Positions 34,759-47,234 are shown, counted from the stretch's first letter. The stretch is DNA of 64,000 nt from an uncultured Methanoregulaceae archaeon (GCA_963737635.1 CAVTTL010000001.1:1536001-1600000); one strand, 5' to 3'. The notes: generated by a model not told the origin, from the sequence alone. Made by a program: numbers and translations.

Positions 34759-36654
34759 CGGTACTGGAGCCCTTCCCGCAAGTCATGCCATATGATGACA
34801 CTGTTTACCAAATGGTGTTTGAAGTGTCACGGGATGCAATCCTATCCATCGAACCGCCGTCTTGGAATATTACGGCATGCAATAGAGCATCGGTAAAGTT
34901 ATTTCAGGCATCTGGTAAAGAGGAATTACTCTCAAAAAATCTCCTGCAACTCTCCCCGAAGTACCAACCGGACGGACAACTGTCCGCTAAGAAAGCCACT
35001 GCGATAATTGAGAAAACAATCGAGGAAAAACAGACTTGTTTTCCCTTGGAGATGTATACGTTTTACGGGCCAGGAATTCCCCGCATCCATCATTATTACT
35101 TGCATTGAGGTAAAAGGGCAGACACTTTTTTGGGCCACAATTGATGATGTGACTGAAGCTGAGCGTCTCAAAGATACGCAAGAGGCAACCCAGCAGGAGC
35201 TTATTGCGACTGAAGAGGAATTACGGGCCAGGTACAATGAGCTGAAGCGTATTGAAAACGACCTACGTGCATCAGAAGCGAAATATCGAACACTCACCGA
35301 AAATACTCACGATATAATTTATTCCGCTGACCCAAAGGGCGTAGTGACTTACATCGGACCTCAGGTCGCCAGGTACGGATTTACGCCGGAAGATTTTGTT
35401 TCCCATAATCTCAGAGAATTCATCTTCGAAGAAGATCTGGAGAAAATTCTCGAGGAAGCCAAAAAGACCGTTTTTGCCGGGCAACCGGTAAGAACAGCCT
35501 TCCGGACGAGGGATCACGCGGGAAATATTATCTGGCTTGAGGATAACAGTTCGATTTTGACAGATCCCCGCGGAACGGTGGTTGCAAGGACCGGGGTTCT
35601 CCGTGATATAACGGAACAAAAAGTGAATGAAGAGCGGTTAAGGAAGAGCGAAGAATTGTATTATTCACTTGCAGAAGCTTCGCAGGACTTAATTTATATC
35701 ATCAATGCCGATGACCGGATCGAATACGCCAACAGCTGCGCAGTCGCTGCATTCGGGAGAACCTACGATGAACACATTGACGAGGATCGGGGCGAAATCT
35801 TCTCTTCGGGAATTAACCTGATACAGCCGGAACACCTGCTCCAGGTATTTACGACGGGTAAACCTAGGCGGCTCGAAAGCCAGATCCCTCTTCATGGAGT
35901 GACGCGGTGGTTTGATCATGTACTTAATCCATTAAAAGACCCGGATGGGACGGTGAGAGCAGTTCTTTGCATATCGCGTGACATCACCGATATTAAACAG
36001 ATAGAAGAAGCTCTGAAAACGTCGCTGGAAGCAAAGGAAGCACTCTTGCGGGAGATCCATCACCGTGTCAAGAACAACATGCAGGTCATTATCGGCCTGC
36101 TTCACTTTCAGGCATCGACTGTCTCGTCTCCTGAGATCGCACGAATCGTCCTTGATACCGAGACCCGTATCCGATCAATGGTCCTTATTCACGAGCGGCT
36201 CTATAAATCAGACGATTTTATCAATGTCAGCCTGGAGACCTATTTAAAGGATCTCGTTAACAGCCTGATTCATGCATACGGGACAAAAACGTACATCAAT
36301 ATTGAATATTCCATTGATAAAATCCAAATTGACCAGTCCACCCTGCTTCACTTGGGACTGCTCATAACCGAAGTCATATCCAATTCCATCAGGCATGCCT
36401 TTCCCGGCCGAAGCGTTGGAACCATAGCCGTGTCATTCCACAGGCGGGAAAACAACTGCCTCATCCTTTCCATTCGTGACGATGGGATCGGAATTCCCGA
36501 TTCCTGCCTGAAAGGAGAGGCATCGACTGTTGGCCTAGCGCTCATCTACTTGCTTGGCCATGATCAGCTTGACGGGGAAATCCTGATCGAACGTGACAAA
36601 GGAACCACGTTTACCTTTAAGTTTCATTATTCATCACCAAAGGAGGAAAAATGA
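34755..36654 (+). CDS. PAS x3 HisKA_2 histidine kinase, frameshift at ~35034
   Basis: PAS (LSPKYQPDGQLS) joins 35008..36654 when one base is removed from AGACT (35032-35036); LLREIHHRVKNNMQ. Confidence 0.88.
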
Positions 36655-37868
36655 TGGCTCAGGAAAAAATTCTGATTGTTGAAGATGAAGTCATAACGGC
36701 AAAGATTCTCGAGGACATGCTCACTTCTCTTGGGTATAAGGTGGTAGCGCGGGTAAAAACCGGAGAAAACGCCATAAAAACTGCGGGTAAGTATCAACCG
36801 GATTTTGTCCTGATGGATATCGTACTTGAGGGGATGATGGATGGCATTGATGCTGCCGCTGAAATTAAGAAGCAGTTTGGCATTCCGGTTATTTACCTGA
36901 CAGCATTCTCCGATGATGCTACCATAGGCCGCGCAAAAGAGACAGATCCGTACGGGTACCTGGTGAAACCTTTTGTCAAAGAGACTATTCATTCAACGAT
37001 CCAGATTGCCGCTGCGAAAAAATTATTTGATGACCGTATACGGACATCATCAGTCTGGCTCAACCGTACAATACAGATATTGGACCGAGGGATCGTAACC
37101 ATAGATCGTGGCGGAAGAACGATCCTGATCAATGCCTATGCAGAGCAGTTGACTGGCTGGAATATTCGCGACGCCTACATGAAACAGCTTGAGGATGTCT
37201 TGCAGTTCTATGATGCAGTCACCGATCAACCTTTTATTCTCCACATTACACCGACACTTAATAAAGGGGTCGTCTCGGTCTTCCCGTCAGATGTGTATAT
37301 TCTTTCCCGGAATGGGGGCCGGCAGTTATTGAAGGACTGCGTGCTCTCCCCGGTGATTGACACGAAGGGTGTAATAATTGGTGCGCTGATCGCGTTTTCT
37401 GCCGTGGATGACAGTCGTGCCAAAGGAGAAATAACCAATACATATCTGAAGATTGCCCAGAAAGAGCCGACGCCCGATATGAGTAATCAGAAACAAACAG
37501 CTGGACCGGCGAATTTGAAATCGCAGTCTTCGGAACGAATGAACAAGATCCTCGAAGAGATCAGCGACCTTATGCATCTCGAACAGGCGAATACGCTTTC
37601 TGTCATGGGAAAATTCGACGAAGCAATTCTAGAATACCAGAAAGCGCTAAAGATCAGGTCCAGTAATTTCCAAGCATGGCATAATAGTGGGGTTATTCTT
37701 GAGAAAATCGGGAGAAATGAAGAAGCTCTGGGTGCTTTCAACAAGGCGCTTGAGATCAATCCCCGCTCTCATGAAACGCTCCGTCATAAAGGAGAGCTTC
37801 TCAAGAAATTAGGTAGGGTCGACGAATCGCAACAGGTTTTTGAACAACTGGAACTGTACACGAGGTAA
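36651..37868 (+). CDS. Response regulator REC-PAS-TPR
   Basis: ILIVEDE, LMDI, YLTA, YLVKP; PAS INAYAEQLTGW; C-terminal TPRs. Confidence 0.88.
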   Translation: MMAQEKILIVEDEVITAKILEDMLTSLGYKVVARVKTGENAIKTAGKYQPDFVLMDIVLEGMMDGIDAAAEIKKQFGIPVIYLTAFSDDATIGRAKETDPYGYLVKPFVKETIHSTIQIAAAKKLFDDRIRTSSVWLNRTIQILDRGIVTIDRGGRTILINAYAEQLTGWNIRDAYMKQLEDVLQFYDAVTDQPFILHITPTLNKGVVSVFPSDVYILSRNGGRQLLKDCVLSPVIDTKGVIIGALIAFSAVDDSRAKGEITNTYLKIAQKEPTPDMSNQKQTAGPANLKSQSSERMNKILEEISDLMHLEQANTLSVMGKFDEAILEYQKALKIRSSNFQAWHNSGVILEKIGRNEEALGAFNKALEINPRSHETLRHKGELLKKLGRVDESQQVFEQLELYTR

Positions 37869-38124
37869 TTTCCTGGTCTTCTGTCCTCCTCAGCTTCCCG
37901 GCCATTGAAAAGAGTGGTCGTTGTAGCTGGTGAAAAAAAGATTTCCCTGCGGAATATAAGGAGAACTGCACGTGATGATGGAAGGAAAGAAGCGATGAGG
38001 TGCATGATTTTCGGTTGCATATATCAATGACAGCCATGCCCTACCGACATATAGCAGGCAATATCCCGGATGTTCCGGAATGCCTGACTGGAACATATAA
38101 GGAGCTGAAATCTACTCCGGACAG

Positions 38125-41100
38125 GTGCAGATGTGGGGAAAAGGGTACCGTATTTTAAGTATATTTACTATCAGCTGCATTCTTGCGATTCTGGTACTTC
38201 CCGGGATCAGTTCGGGAGCTATCAAAATTGGAACGAAAACTTATACGACGCTTGAAGATGCCATAGCTGCAGCAAATCCCAGCCAGACATTACTTTTAAT
38301 CAGTGACACCCCGGTGACCCTGACTCCTGGTAATATTACTGCAATTGGTAAAACTCTGACTATACAACAAAATAATACCGTTCCGTATAAAATTCTCCTG
38401 AATGGTACGATTGCATTCAATGGAACTATTAAAAGCTATACCTTAAATCCAGGCGTCAACCTCACATTAGCAACATCATATGCATTAATTTTTAGCTCAC
38501 GATCCTACTGGACCCGCGATATTCCAGAATGATTCTCTTATTGAAATCACCGGAAATTCGAATTCATTTTCTGTCAATGAACCTCATCCTGATTTGCTCC
38601 CAGGAGCATTTTCCGGTACGGGAGTAAATCTTACAGGAAATAGCAATTCTCTCAATTCTTGGATTGGCGAGATCGACTCCCGTACTTCCAATTTATCGGT
38701 AGTGTTCAACTTAGCAGGCTCATACAACAGTATCAGTGATTCTTTGTCTTGTCCGCTGATTACCAACGCCAGTGGGGGTATCGGACTCAAGGTTATTGGC
38801 AATTTTAATGGGGCGTCCGGAACGCCTTCTGCTAGTGGAAATCAGGAAAATCCAGTGACTTTTCTCCCGGAAATTTCCCCGCCTATCTATATCGCCACAA
38901 ATCAAATGAGCGCTCCAGGTGGGAGAATCTATATTGCTCCATCAGCAAATGGGAATGTTATCGAGGATGATAGTTTCGATCTGACCGCTCAACCAACTGT
39001 TTATCTCTCGAACGGAACTGCAAACACACCGACGACATCCTGGTATTTCTTCAACAGTTCATGGTCGCCGTCCGGTGGAAACAGAAACGTCAGTATCTAT
39101 TCCTCTTCACCATGGATTTTCCCTCTCGCGGGAAACATCAGCCTCGTTGCAGGTTTTTCTAATGTTACAGGGCAATCGACGGATATTATCCAAAATAACT
39201 CCTTGTCCTTGGATACTTCAACCGATGCGACATCCGGTGAATCATCAGGGAGTCTCCTGACAAATGATACCAGCTCCCTGAACTTCAGCTCGATTTCTGC
39301 AGTTGTCCCAGTTGGCATGGCAATGGGAAACAATACATATCTCGATGTGTATGGCAATACTGTATCTACCCTCGGATCTCTTGGTTACGTAACCATCCTT
39401 GACTTCGACCCCTATCATTCCCTCCCCGGTGAAAACTTCAATGAGACACAGACGACCAACTGGGGTTCGATATCGGACTTCAGGACAGTCCCTAATCTTA
39501 CATTCGTCGTTGAAAATCCAACCACGCATGCGTTGCTCGGGAATGTCAGTTACGATCAGAATCTTAGTCTTTTAGCTCAGGGAATAGATTCAGGCCTTTC
39601 CATATTTGGGAACAATTTCGATATTTCTTCGACTGGAAATAGCACCAATTTTACCATGACAAACACGACCCTTAATCTGACCTTCAACTCATCGGCCACC
39701 CTAACGATGTACCCCAATAACTTCCCATTTGCAAGTTCTGGGAACATAACGATTGTTGCAACTACCGATGCGGGATCAGCAACTACGATTTTCGATAAAG
39801 GTGCCTTGCTTAACCAAGGTGCTGGTTTTGTTGCTCCTTCCCAGACACCTACTGTTGTAGCGGATACCAGCATAACCCTCCCGATCCTTCAGTTCAGTAA
39901 GTTCGATTTCTTTGAAACGGATCCGGTCGCATCTTTTACGAGTAGTACCACATTCGGTTATGAACCTCTTGCAGTTCAGTTTAATGATACTTCAACTTTC
40001 AACCCGACTGGATGGAACTGGTCGTTCGGGGACGGCACCTGGTTCAATACGACCGATACCACCCAAAGAAATGTAACTCATATTTTCGGTTCAGCAGGTA
40101 GTTTTCCCGTATTTCTAACCGCCTCAGATGTCGGTGGATCCAATATAACCTCACCAATCTACATCAACGTCTCAGCATCTCTGCCGATCCCTGTATTTAC
40201 CGGCACGCCGACATTCGGCTACGAGCCCCTGAATGTCCAGTTTAATGACAGCACGCCATCGACCGGCATTCTGTATTGGAACTGGTCGTTTGGGGATAAC
40301 AACTGGTTCAACACTACGGACAGCACGCTTCGGAATATTTCGCATCCCTATTCCTCCGTCGGAAGCTACACGGTTAACCTGAGCATTACAAACCAGTCCG
40401 GACTGAGCTCCCCTGCGATCGTCAGTAACACGACGTCAATAGCGAATTATATTAATGTCTCATCCCCTCCACCAATACCATCGTTTACCAGTAATACCAC
40501 GTTCGGGTATGTGCCACTCGGAGTCCAGTTCAACGATACGACAGTTTCAATGAATATCCTGTATTGGAACTGGTCGTTCGGTGATAATACCTGGTTCAAT
40601 ACCACGGTCAGCGCGCTTCGGAATATTTCGCATCCCTATTCCTCCATCGGAAGTTACACGGTGAACCTGAGCATCACGAATTCAACCGGCCTCAGCGTCC
40701 CGGCAACAAATACCAACACGACGTCAATAGCGAATTATATTAATGTCTCATCCCCTCCGCCAATACCATCGTTTACCAGTAATACGACGTCCGGGTATGT
40801 ACCGCTTGGGATCCAGTTCAATGATACGACGGTTTCAACGAATATCCAGTACTGGAACTGGTCATTCGGTGATAACACGTGGTTCAATACCACTGATGAT
40901 ATGCTTCGGAATGCGACGCACCAGTATGTATCTTCAGGAAGTTACACGGTGAACCTGAGCGTCACGAATTTAACCGGCCTTAGCTTTCCGGCAACAAATA
41001 CCAACACAACGTCGATTGCGAATTATATTGATGCCTTATCACTTCCAATTCCTGATTTCACGGGATCGCCGAGGAGTGGAAATGCAACCCTGAATGTCCA

Positions 41101-43128
41101 GTTCAACGATACGTCAACACCCTTGGGCATTATCTTATGGAACTGGTCGTTCGGCGACAATACATGGTTTAACACTACGAACAGCATACTCCGGAACGCC
41201 ACCCATACGTACCAGATTGAAGGGGCATATACCGTAAACCTGTCATTGACCAACTCATCGGGAACAAATACCACATATCAGCCCGGATACATCGTTGTGT
41301 ACCCACCCCTTCCCATACCAGCTTTCATAGGATCACCGACAAGCGGAAGTATCCCGCTATTCGTGCAGTTCAACGATACCTCCCCCTCCCCCGGTATCAC
41401 CATCTGGAACTGGTCGTTCGGTGACAATACGTGGTTTAACACGACCGATAGTACGGCTAGGAACGCATCGCATACATATTCGGCAATCGGCTCCTTTACC
41501 GTGAACTTGACCATCACTAATACTACCGGCGTAAACACCACCAGCATGTCGGGTTACATCCGAACTACGCCGCCCCCCCCCTCCCCTCATTTACCGCTTC
41601 ACCGGTAGCGGGTGCCACTCCGCTTTTAGTCCAGTTCAACGATACGTCAACATCACTAGGCATTACATTGTGGAACTGGTCATTTGGCGACAATAGCTGG
41701 TTTAATACGACCGATGCCACCCAAAGAAATGCTTCTCACACCTATGTCTCCGGAGGAACCTTTACCGTGAGCCTGTCGTTGACCAATTCGTCCGGGACAA
41801 ACACTACGTCGATACCGGGCTACATCAGCGTTACGGCACTGCCCTCCAGCGTCAGTTTTACTGCGTCACCGACATCTGGTTCAATACCTCTCTTTGTCCG
41901 GTTCACTGATACGTCGACATCCCTTGGCATTACGGTATGGAACTGGTCGCTCGGGGACAATACCTGGTTCAATACGACCGATGCCACCCAAAGAAATGCC
42001 ATTCATACCTATGTCAGTGCCGGCAGTTATACGGTGAACCTCACGATAACCAATACTTCTGGAACGGATACCGCCTCAAGTTTCAATCTCATCACTGCAA
42101 CCATTCCGACGGTGACGACAACTTCCGGGAGAAGCGGTCGCGGAGCTACTACCGCAACCTTTTTGTATGCGATCCAGCAGGCACCAACATCATCCATTAC
42201 CCCGGCCACCACCCCGGTTACCCCTGCAAGTACCACGCCGGTGGAAATTTCCTCTAACCCCGGGCTGACCTCAACAATAAACATTGTACCCGATGGTATC
42301 AGGTTCCCACCTGCAACAGACGGAGTGCAACAATTCTTGCTCAACCGGATGACTGCTGAACATGCCGGTTACACAGTCGAGAGCACGAAAGACAGCGTAA
42401 CCGCGACTGGGTCTGACGATATTTTTGTTATTAATGGGGTTAATATCATGGAGAATCCTCCCGGCTTCATCACGGGTTCTGTCCAGAATGTCAATTTTGT
42501 CCTCCAACCTGCTCCTGCAGCTCTTAGTATTGGGAAAGTTTCAGTTATTGCCGGGGCATCGCTGCCAACGCTTCCGGAAAATGGAGCTGATATCAGCATA
42601 ACCGTATCCGATCTTGTTCCAGATGAAACGATGAGCGCATTCCGTGGCGTTGCTGCACAGCAGGGCCAGACGATTACATCGGTGGGTTATACGGCTGCAT
42701 TCCGAAAGGAAGGAATAACGGCCACCGGTCCGGGAGACATCCGGATGACCAGCCCGGCTGGCTGGGTAAACCAGCATGGGGGTATCCCTTCCGTCAGCAT
42801 AGTTCATATCGGCGATGACAACTCAGCTGAAATTCTCAACACTAATTATGCCGGAACCGACTCTTCGGGAAATCTTATATTCGAAGCTGATTCGCCCAGT
42901 GGGCTTTCCACATTCGGCTTGGTCACCCTGAAAAACCAGTCTCTCTCAGTCCCGGCCGAAACGCAGAATTTGGGACAGATCGGAAATCGCGTTGGGACAT
43001 ACTCGTCGGCTCTTTCTGTTGTCACCGAAAATATTCTTGTCATCGCTGCTGTTCTTCTTTGTCTTGTTGTAATTGTTGCAGCTTTATGGTTGCGCCGGAG
43101 AAAATACGACTGGTTATTCATGAAGTAA
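38125..43128 (+). CDS. Giant cell-surface glycoprotein: N-terminal beta domains, 8 PKD domains, PGF-pre-PGF-like domain, TM anchor; frameshifts at ~38492 and ~41580
   Basis: Signal peptide in 38125..38532; eight WNWS(F/L)GD repeats; DSPSGLSTFG; TM helix followed by RRRK. Confidence 0.85.
40150..41030 (+). repeat. Three near-identical 288-bp PKD-coding tandem repeats
   Basis: AACACGACGTCAATAGCGAATTATATTAATGTCTCATCCCCTCC occurs at 40427 and 40715; a third, more diverged copy is near 41003. Confidence 0.85.
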
Positions 43129-43251
43129 GGTTATCGTAAAAACAGCACAAAGCATGTCTGACTAATCCGGGATCTTGTGGACTGGATCTCCAGTCCGGCC
43201 TCTTACTTTTCGCATCCAGTTTCCGGTAACCGACAATCCCTTTACCACATG

Positions 43252-44494
43252 TCATAATTGAGGTGAAATCACCGGTGCAAGCTTTCTCCGCAGCTGGTTC
43301 AGCATCTCTTCCCGTGATTTAATCTCCCTGTTGACAGTATCAATATCTCCGGTTAATCCGTCCTGAACCGACTCCGTTGCTGAATGATCGGCACGAAGTA
43401 TCCCAAGGAGACTTCCTATCAACTTCGACTCTCTTGCGCAGTCGGGCATATTCGCATACCATCTCTTTTTCATATCCGGCCCTCGTCGCAGCGCGAATAT
43501 CCTGCTTGATTAACTCTCTGCGTTTCAGCACATACTCAATTTCGCTATACAGTTCCTGTGCATTGACCGGTTTGAGGATATAATCATCGATGCACAACCC
43601 ATACCTGCGTGCCTGCGCCGGGGTAGGTGCAAAACCAGTCAGCATGAGCACCGGGATCTTCTTTGTCAAGGGGTTTTTCTTGATCTCTTCGAGAGTCTCC
43701 CACCCGTCCATGGGGTACATCTTGACGTCAAGCAGGATAAGATCGGGACGTTTCCACCATGCCTTTAAGATTGAAAGGCATTCTTGGCCGCTGAACGCCC
43801 GGAGCGTGACATACCCTTTTTTCTCAAGCAGGAGTGAGAACACTTCCACGATATCTTTCTCGTCATCGACAATGAGAATTTTTTCAGGCAGGTGACGGAA
43901 GGACAGGGTGTAATATGCCAATCCGGATATGCCTATGATAATAATTCCCGATATCAGAAGAATTACGGCGGTGAACCCGGAATTTTGAGATCCAGCTTGA
44001 TTTTGGACGACCTGCATATCAGGATCTTCGGGGTAGATCTGCTGAAATGCAGATATAGCCGGAGAAAGATCGACGGTAACAAGGGTATCCCCGGTTGCAG
44101 TATCCTCAAGGAAGACGTACCGGAGATCCGGAGTGAAAGGGACGATCACACCGAAGTTTCCATTTTGGGAATATTGGCTGCTTCCACTAAAGACCTGCCC
44201 CGACGTTTCGGTGCTGATTGCCTCTCCTACCTGGGTACTGGGATCCCTGATGGAAAATTCATTAATGATCCTGTTCTGCCCATCGAGAAGCAGACCCTTA
44301 ATACTGCCGGTTTGGATATTGAGGTTGGGCGGAATCCCGTACTGTATTTCAGAAGAGACCTCTTTTATCCCCGTACCACTATAGGAAAAGCTGATAACGA
44401 CAATCTTCTGGTAGGAATTTGCTTGGGCGACTGCCGGATACACAAGTAAAAGCGAGAGCAGAAGGATGAGTCCGGCAAATTTCTTCACATCCAT
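43252..44494 (-). CDS. Signal peptide + extracellular domain + TM + receiver domain protein, frameshift at ~43411
   Basis: Signal MDVKKFAGLILLLSLLLVYPAVAQA; TM TAVILLISGIIIIGISGLAYY; REC ILIVDDE/LLDVKM/LTG/ILKP. Confidence 0.85.
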
Positions 44495-44505
44495 AGTTCA
44501 CCGTT

Positions 44506-45768
44506 TCATGATTGGTCAGGAGATACTCTAGTCAGTACATACAATATTCTTTTAGTCGAGGCATTCCCGAAGGTTCCATCATATCCATCGTGCATGATAT
44601 CCGGGTCAGGGTCCCATCGCCAGAACTCCTTGGTGCATACGCTTGGCTCACCAGACGAAATCTGTCTGCAGACGTCGGGGTTCCAGGAATTTGCAATAGC
44701 ATAGTCCTTACAGTTCCCAAGGGAGCTCCAGACATTTGGATCGGGATCATTCTGGGCATAATAGGTATCTCCACAATACGTATCGATAAGACCATACAGA
44801 CCGTGACCAATCTCGTGCATGGCAAGGAAAGGCATATTCGCTGAAATCTTGAGGTATACCCTGCCCAACCCATTTGGGTTTGTGCATCCTATCGGCGGGC
44901 TGGGAGGTCCCGCATACCTACCACTAACTGAAGGGTAAAGAATAATGGTCAGATCACTAAAGGTGACTTCATCCCAGTAGGTTTCCGGGATCGTTCCTGC
45001 ACAGCCGTTAAATGCATCCCCGTAAGTCTTACCATCCCAGAAATAGTAAAAATTGAACCGTTTCTCGTAATCTTCAGGAAGGGGATAAGAGGGCGAGGTG
45101 ATCACCGGATATTGAAGAAACGTAGTGGCGATGAATTGGCGTACATCCGCCTCAAACTGCTGTTGTCCTCCGGGATATCCCCCCATCTGTATTGTGGCAT
45201 TTTCCGTATAGTTAAACGATGTATCCGATGGCAGGAAAACGATATTTATTCTCGATGCCGGAGGACCGTTTATTTCTATCGGAATTATATCGGAAGGGGC
45301 AAGGCTTATGATCACCTCGCCAGCCCTATTCAGGTCTGACTGGACAGTTTTATCCAGATAACCATCTTTTGCGGCCCGGATTGTGCTGATATTCGATCCG
45401 GAACCGGTAATCGGAAGAATAAAAGTTCCGTTATTAGAAGATGTGCCTACAAAAAGACCATTGATATATAGTGAGACTCCGGAGAGAGGAGCTCCGCTTT
45501 TTAAATTGGTGATTACGATCCAGACATACGGGCCGAGAGGTATAGCTGGACCTTCCTGGACCGGTATGACAGATCCGGCGATGGTCCGGTTCACAACTGG
45601 CTGGGCAATGCCAGCATCCTGGCTTGAGACATTAGGTACTATGCCTGATGCCCGTGAATTTCCAAACGAAATATTGAGTAAAAAAAGAATACCCGAAGTG
45701 ACGATAAATAGTATTCCTACACAGAAGAACGCAACGGATCCCCATCGGAATAAAGTTTTCCTGTCCAT
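44506..45768 (-). CDS. Membrane-anchored M64 (IgA peptidase)-like zinc metallopeptidase with a PEGA/CarboxypepD-like domain
   Basis: N-terminal TM; NGPPASRINIVFL; HEIGHGLYGLID (HExxHxxxGxxD); PNV; DIM Met-turn. Confidence 0.75.
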   Translation of the reverse strand: MDRKTLFRWGSVAFFCVGILFIVTSGILFLLNISFGNSRASGIVPNVSSQDAGIAQPVVNRTIAGSVIPVQEGPAIPLGPYVWIVITNLKSGAPLSGVSLYINGLFVGTSSNNGTFILPITGSGSNISTIRAAKDGYLDKTVQSDLNRAGEVIISLAPSDIIPIEINGPPASRINIVFLPSDTSFNYTENATIQMGGYPGGQQQFEADVRQFIATTFLQYPVITSPSYPLPEDYEKRFNFYYFWDGKTYGDAFNGCAGTIPETYWDEVTFSDLTIILYPSVSGRYAGPPSPPIGCTNPNGLGRVYLKISANMPFLAMHEIGHGLYGLIDTYCGDTYYAQNDPDPNVWSSLGNCKDYAIANSWNPDVCRQISSGEPSVCTKEFWRWDPDPDIMHDGYDGTFGNASTKRILYVLTRVSPDQS

Positions 45769-46026
45769 CTGTCTTCGTCCAGATCCATGTTCTTAAATTG
45801 AGAAAAAAAAATTTATTCTCTGTAAAAGTCTCTTTCTGCGATTTTCTCGTTTGGAATTTTATTCTTAAATGCTCTATGCAGTTGCTGAGCATCTTACATC
45901 ATTATTTATATGGATTTTTTTTGTTTTAAGATATTATAGGCGATTGCTGAGCATTTTCCGTTCTTTTATCATTATGCCTTGCCATCAAACACATACGATC
46001 GCTTGGATCGAATGATGTGATGACTC

Positions 46027-46584
46027 ATGAAAGCAAGATTATTGATTATTGTTGGCCTTATGATCATGGCCGTAGCGTTGACGGTTGCGCCAGTGATGGC
46101 ATTATCGACAGGAACAACTTCTATAACGGGAAATCCGCAGTCGTATGTTTCGATCACTCTGAGTAATACTTCGGTATATCTACCATTAGACCCGTCAAAT
46201 TCTCCCGCTACTAACTCTTCTATGGGTATAACAGTCTTGACCAATATTCCATTCAGCATTACTGTTGCAGATAGTACCGGGCGCTCTACAGGACAAGGGT
46301 TTTTGGGAAATTACACGAGCGGCGTATATGATGCGTCTCCATTGAATACGGACTTAGGCTCACCTATCCAACTAACCGGAACCACTAACACCACTACAAC
46401 TGCAGATTCGATTACCCCGCCAATAACTACTGGCTCACCACAGACATTCTTTACAGGATCTTCATACGTCACCAACCAGGTTCTTGCAACCGAGTTCACT
46501 CAGCCGGTTGCATATACTGATCCGGTGTTACCACTGGATTCCACGTATAGAATTGATTTGACGTTCAGCATCGGAGCGACATGA
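46027..46584 (+). CDS. Secreted beta-sandwich protein, putative major fibre subunit
   Basis: Signal peptide ending VMA; C-terminal QPVAYTD...YRIDLTF; no anchor. Confidence 0.75.
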   Translation: MKARLLIIVGLMIMAVALTVAPVMALSTGTTSITGNPQSYVSITLSNTSVYLPLDPSNSPATNSSMGITVLTNIPFSITVADSTGRSTGQGFLGNYTSGVYDASPLNTDLGSPIQLTGTTNTTTTADSITPPITTGSPQTFFTGSSYVTNQVLATEFTQPVAYTDPVLPLDSTYRIDLTFSIGAT

Positions 46585-46633
46585 GTGATTAAGGTTCTGA
46601 ATTACTTTTCATTTTTATATCGCATCCCTATGA

Positions 46634-47176
46634 GTGATAATTATGATGGCAAATTTTCAGGGATTTCTAGTGATACTTTTCGCGGTTTCTGCTACCGCTG
46701 CGATTTTGGGTCTTGTTTTGCCGGTTGGGGCCGCAACGATTACTCTATCGGTTGACGGAAACATCCAGAACTGGACGCTTATACCGGGAAGTACAAATGA
46801 AAATTCCACCGCGGTGACCCTGAATGTTTCCTGCGACAGTTCTTCATGGACGGTCAGCGTCGTGGACAATCTCGATGATGATAAACCCGCTGCTGGTGCC
46901 GGAAGAATGGCAGAATACAACACAACTACCGGTTATGTCAATAGCGGAAGTATTCTCGGAGCGAATTTGACCGTGGAGGGAGGATCCGCTGTGAACATGA
47001 CTAATACAACGGCAACTCTAGGCCCCACCGATCAGGTTATAGAAACGGGAAATAATATCGTCACCAATGTACAGGTGCCGGTTGCTATGAGCCAACAGGT
47101 TGCTACGACGGATCTTCATTTAACAAATGGCGATGAATATCGTGTTGTCATAACGTTCGTAGGGGGGACATCATGA
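46634..47176 (+). CDS. Secreted paralog of 46027..46584, putative minor or tip subunit
   Basis: Signal peptide ending VGA; QQVATTD...YRVVITF; aligns by eye over its full length with the upstream gene. Confidence 0.75.
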   Translation: MIIMMANFQGFLVILFAVSATAAILGLVLPVGAATITLSVDGNIQNWTLIPGSTNENSTAVTLNVSCDSSSWTVSVVDNLDDDKPAAGAGRMAEYNTTTGYVNSGSILGANLTVEGGSAVNMTNTTATLGPTDQVIETGNNIVTNVQVPVAMSQQVATTDLHLTNGDEYRVVITFVGGTS

Positions 47177-47234
47177 TGTACAGGCGAAAATTATACATAA
47201 TCGCAGTTTCATTTTCCTTTATCAAGTCTTCGAT

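Noticed and set aside
39900-42100. Recurring TGGAACTGGTCGTTCGG as a CRISPR or DGR repeat
   Set aside because: Spacing is ~260-290 bp, the copies encode in-frame PKD WNWSFG motifs, and there are no cas or reverse transcriptase genes.
46027-47176. Small secreted proteins as type IV pilins or archaellins
   Set aside because: They have Sec/SPI-type signal peptides with AxA-like cleavage sites after the hydrophobic core, not class III signals, and no assembly ATPase gene is nearby.
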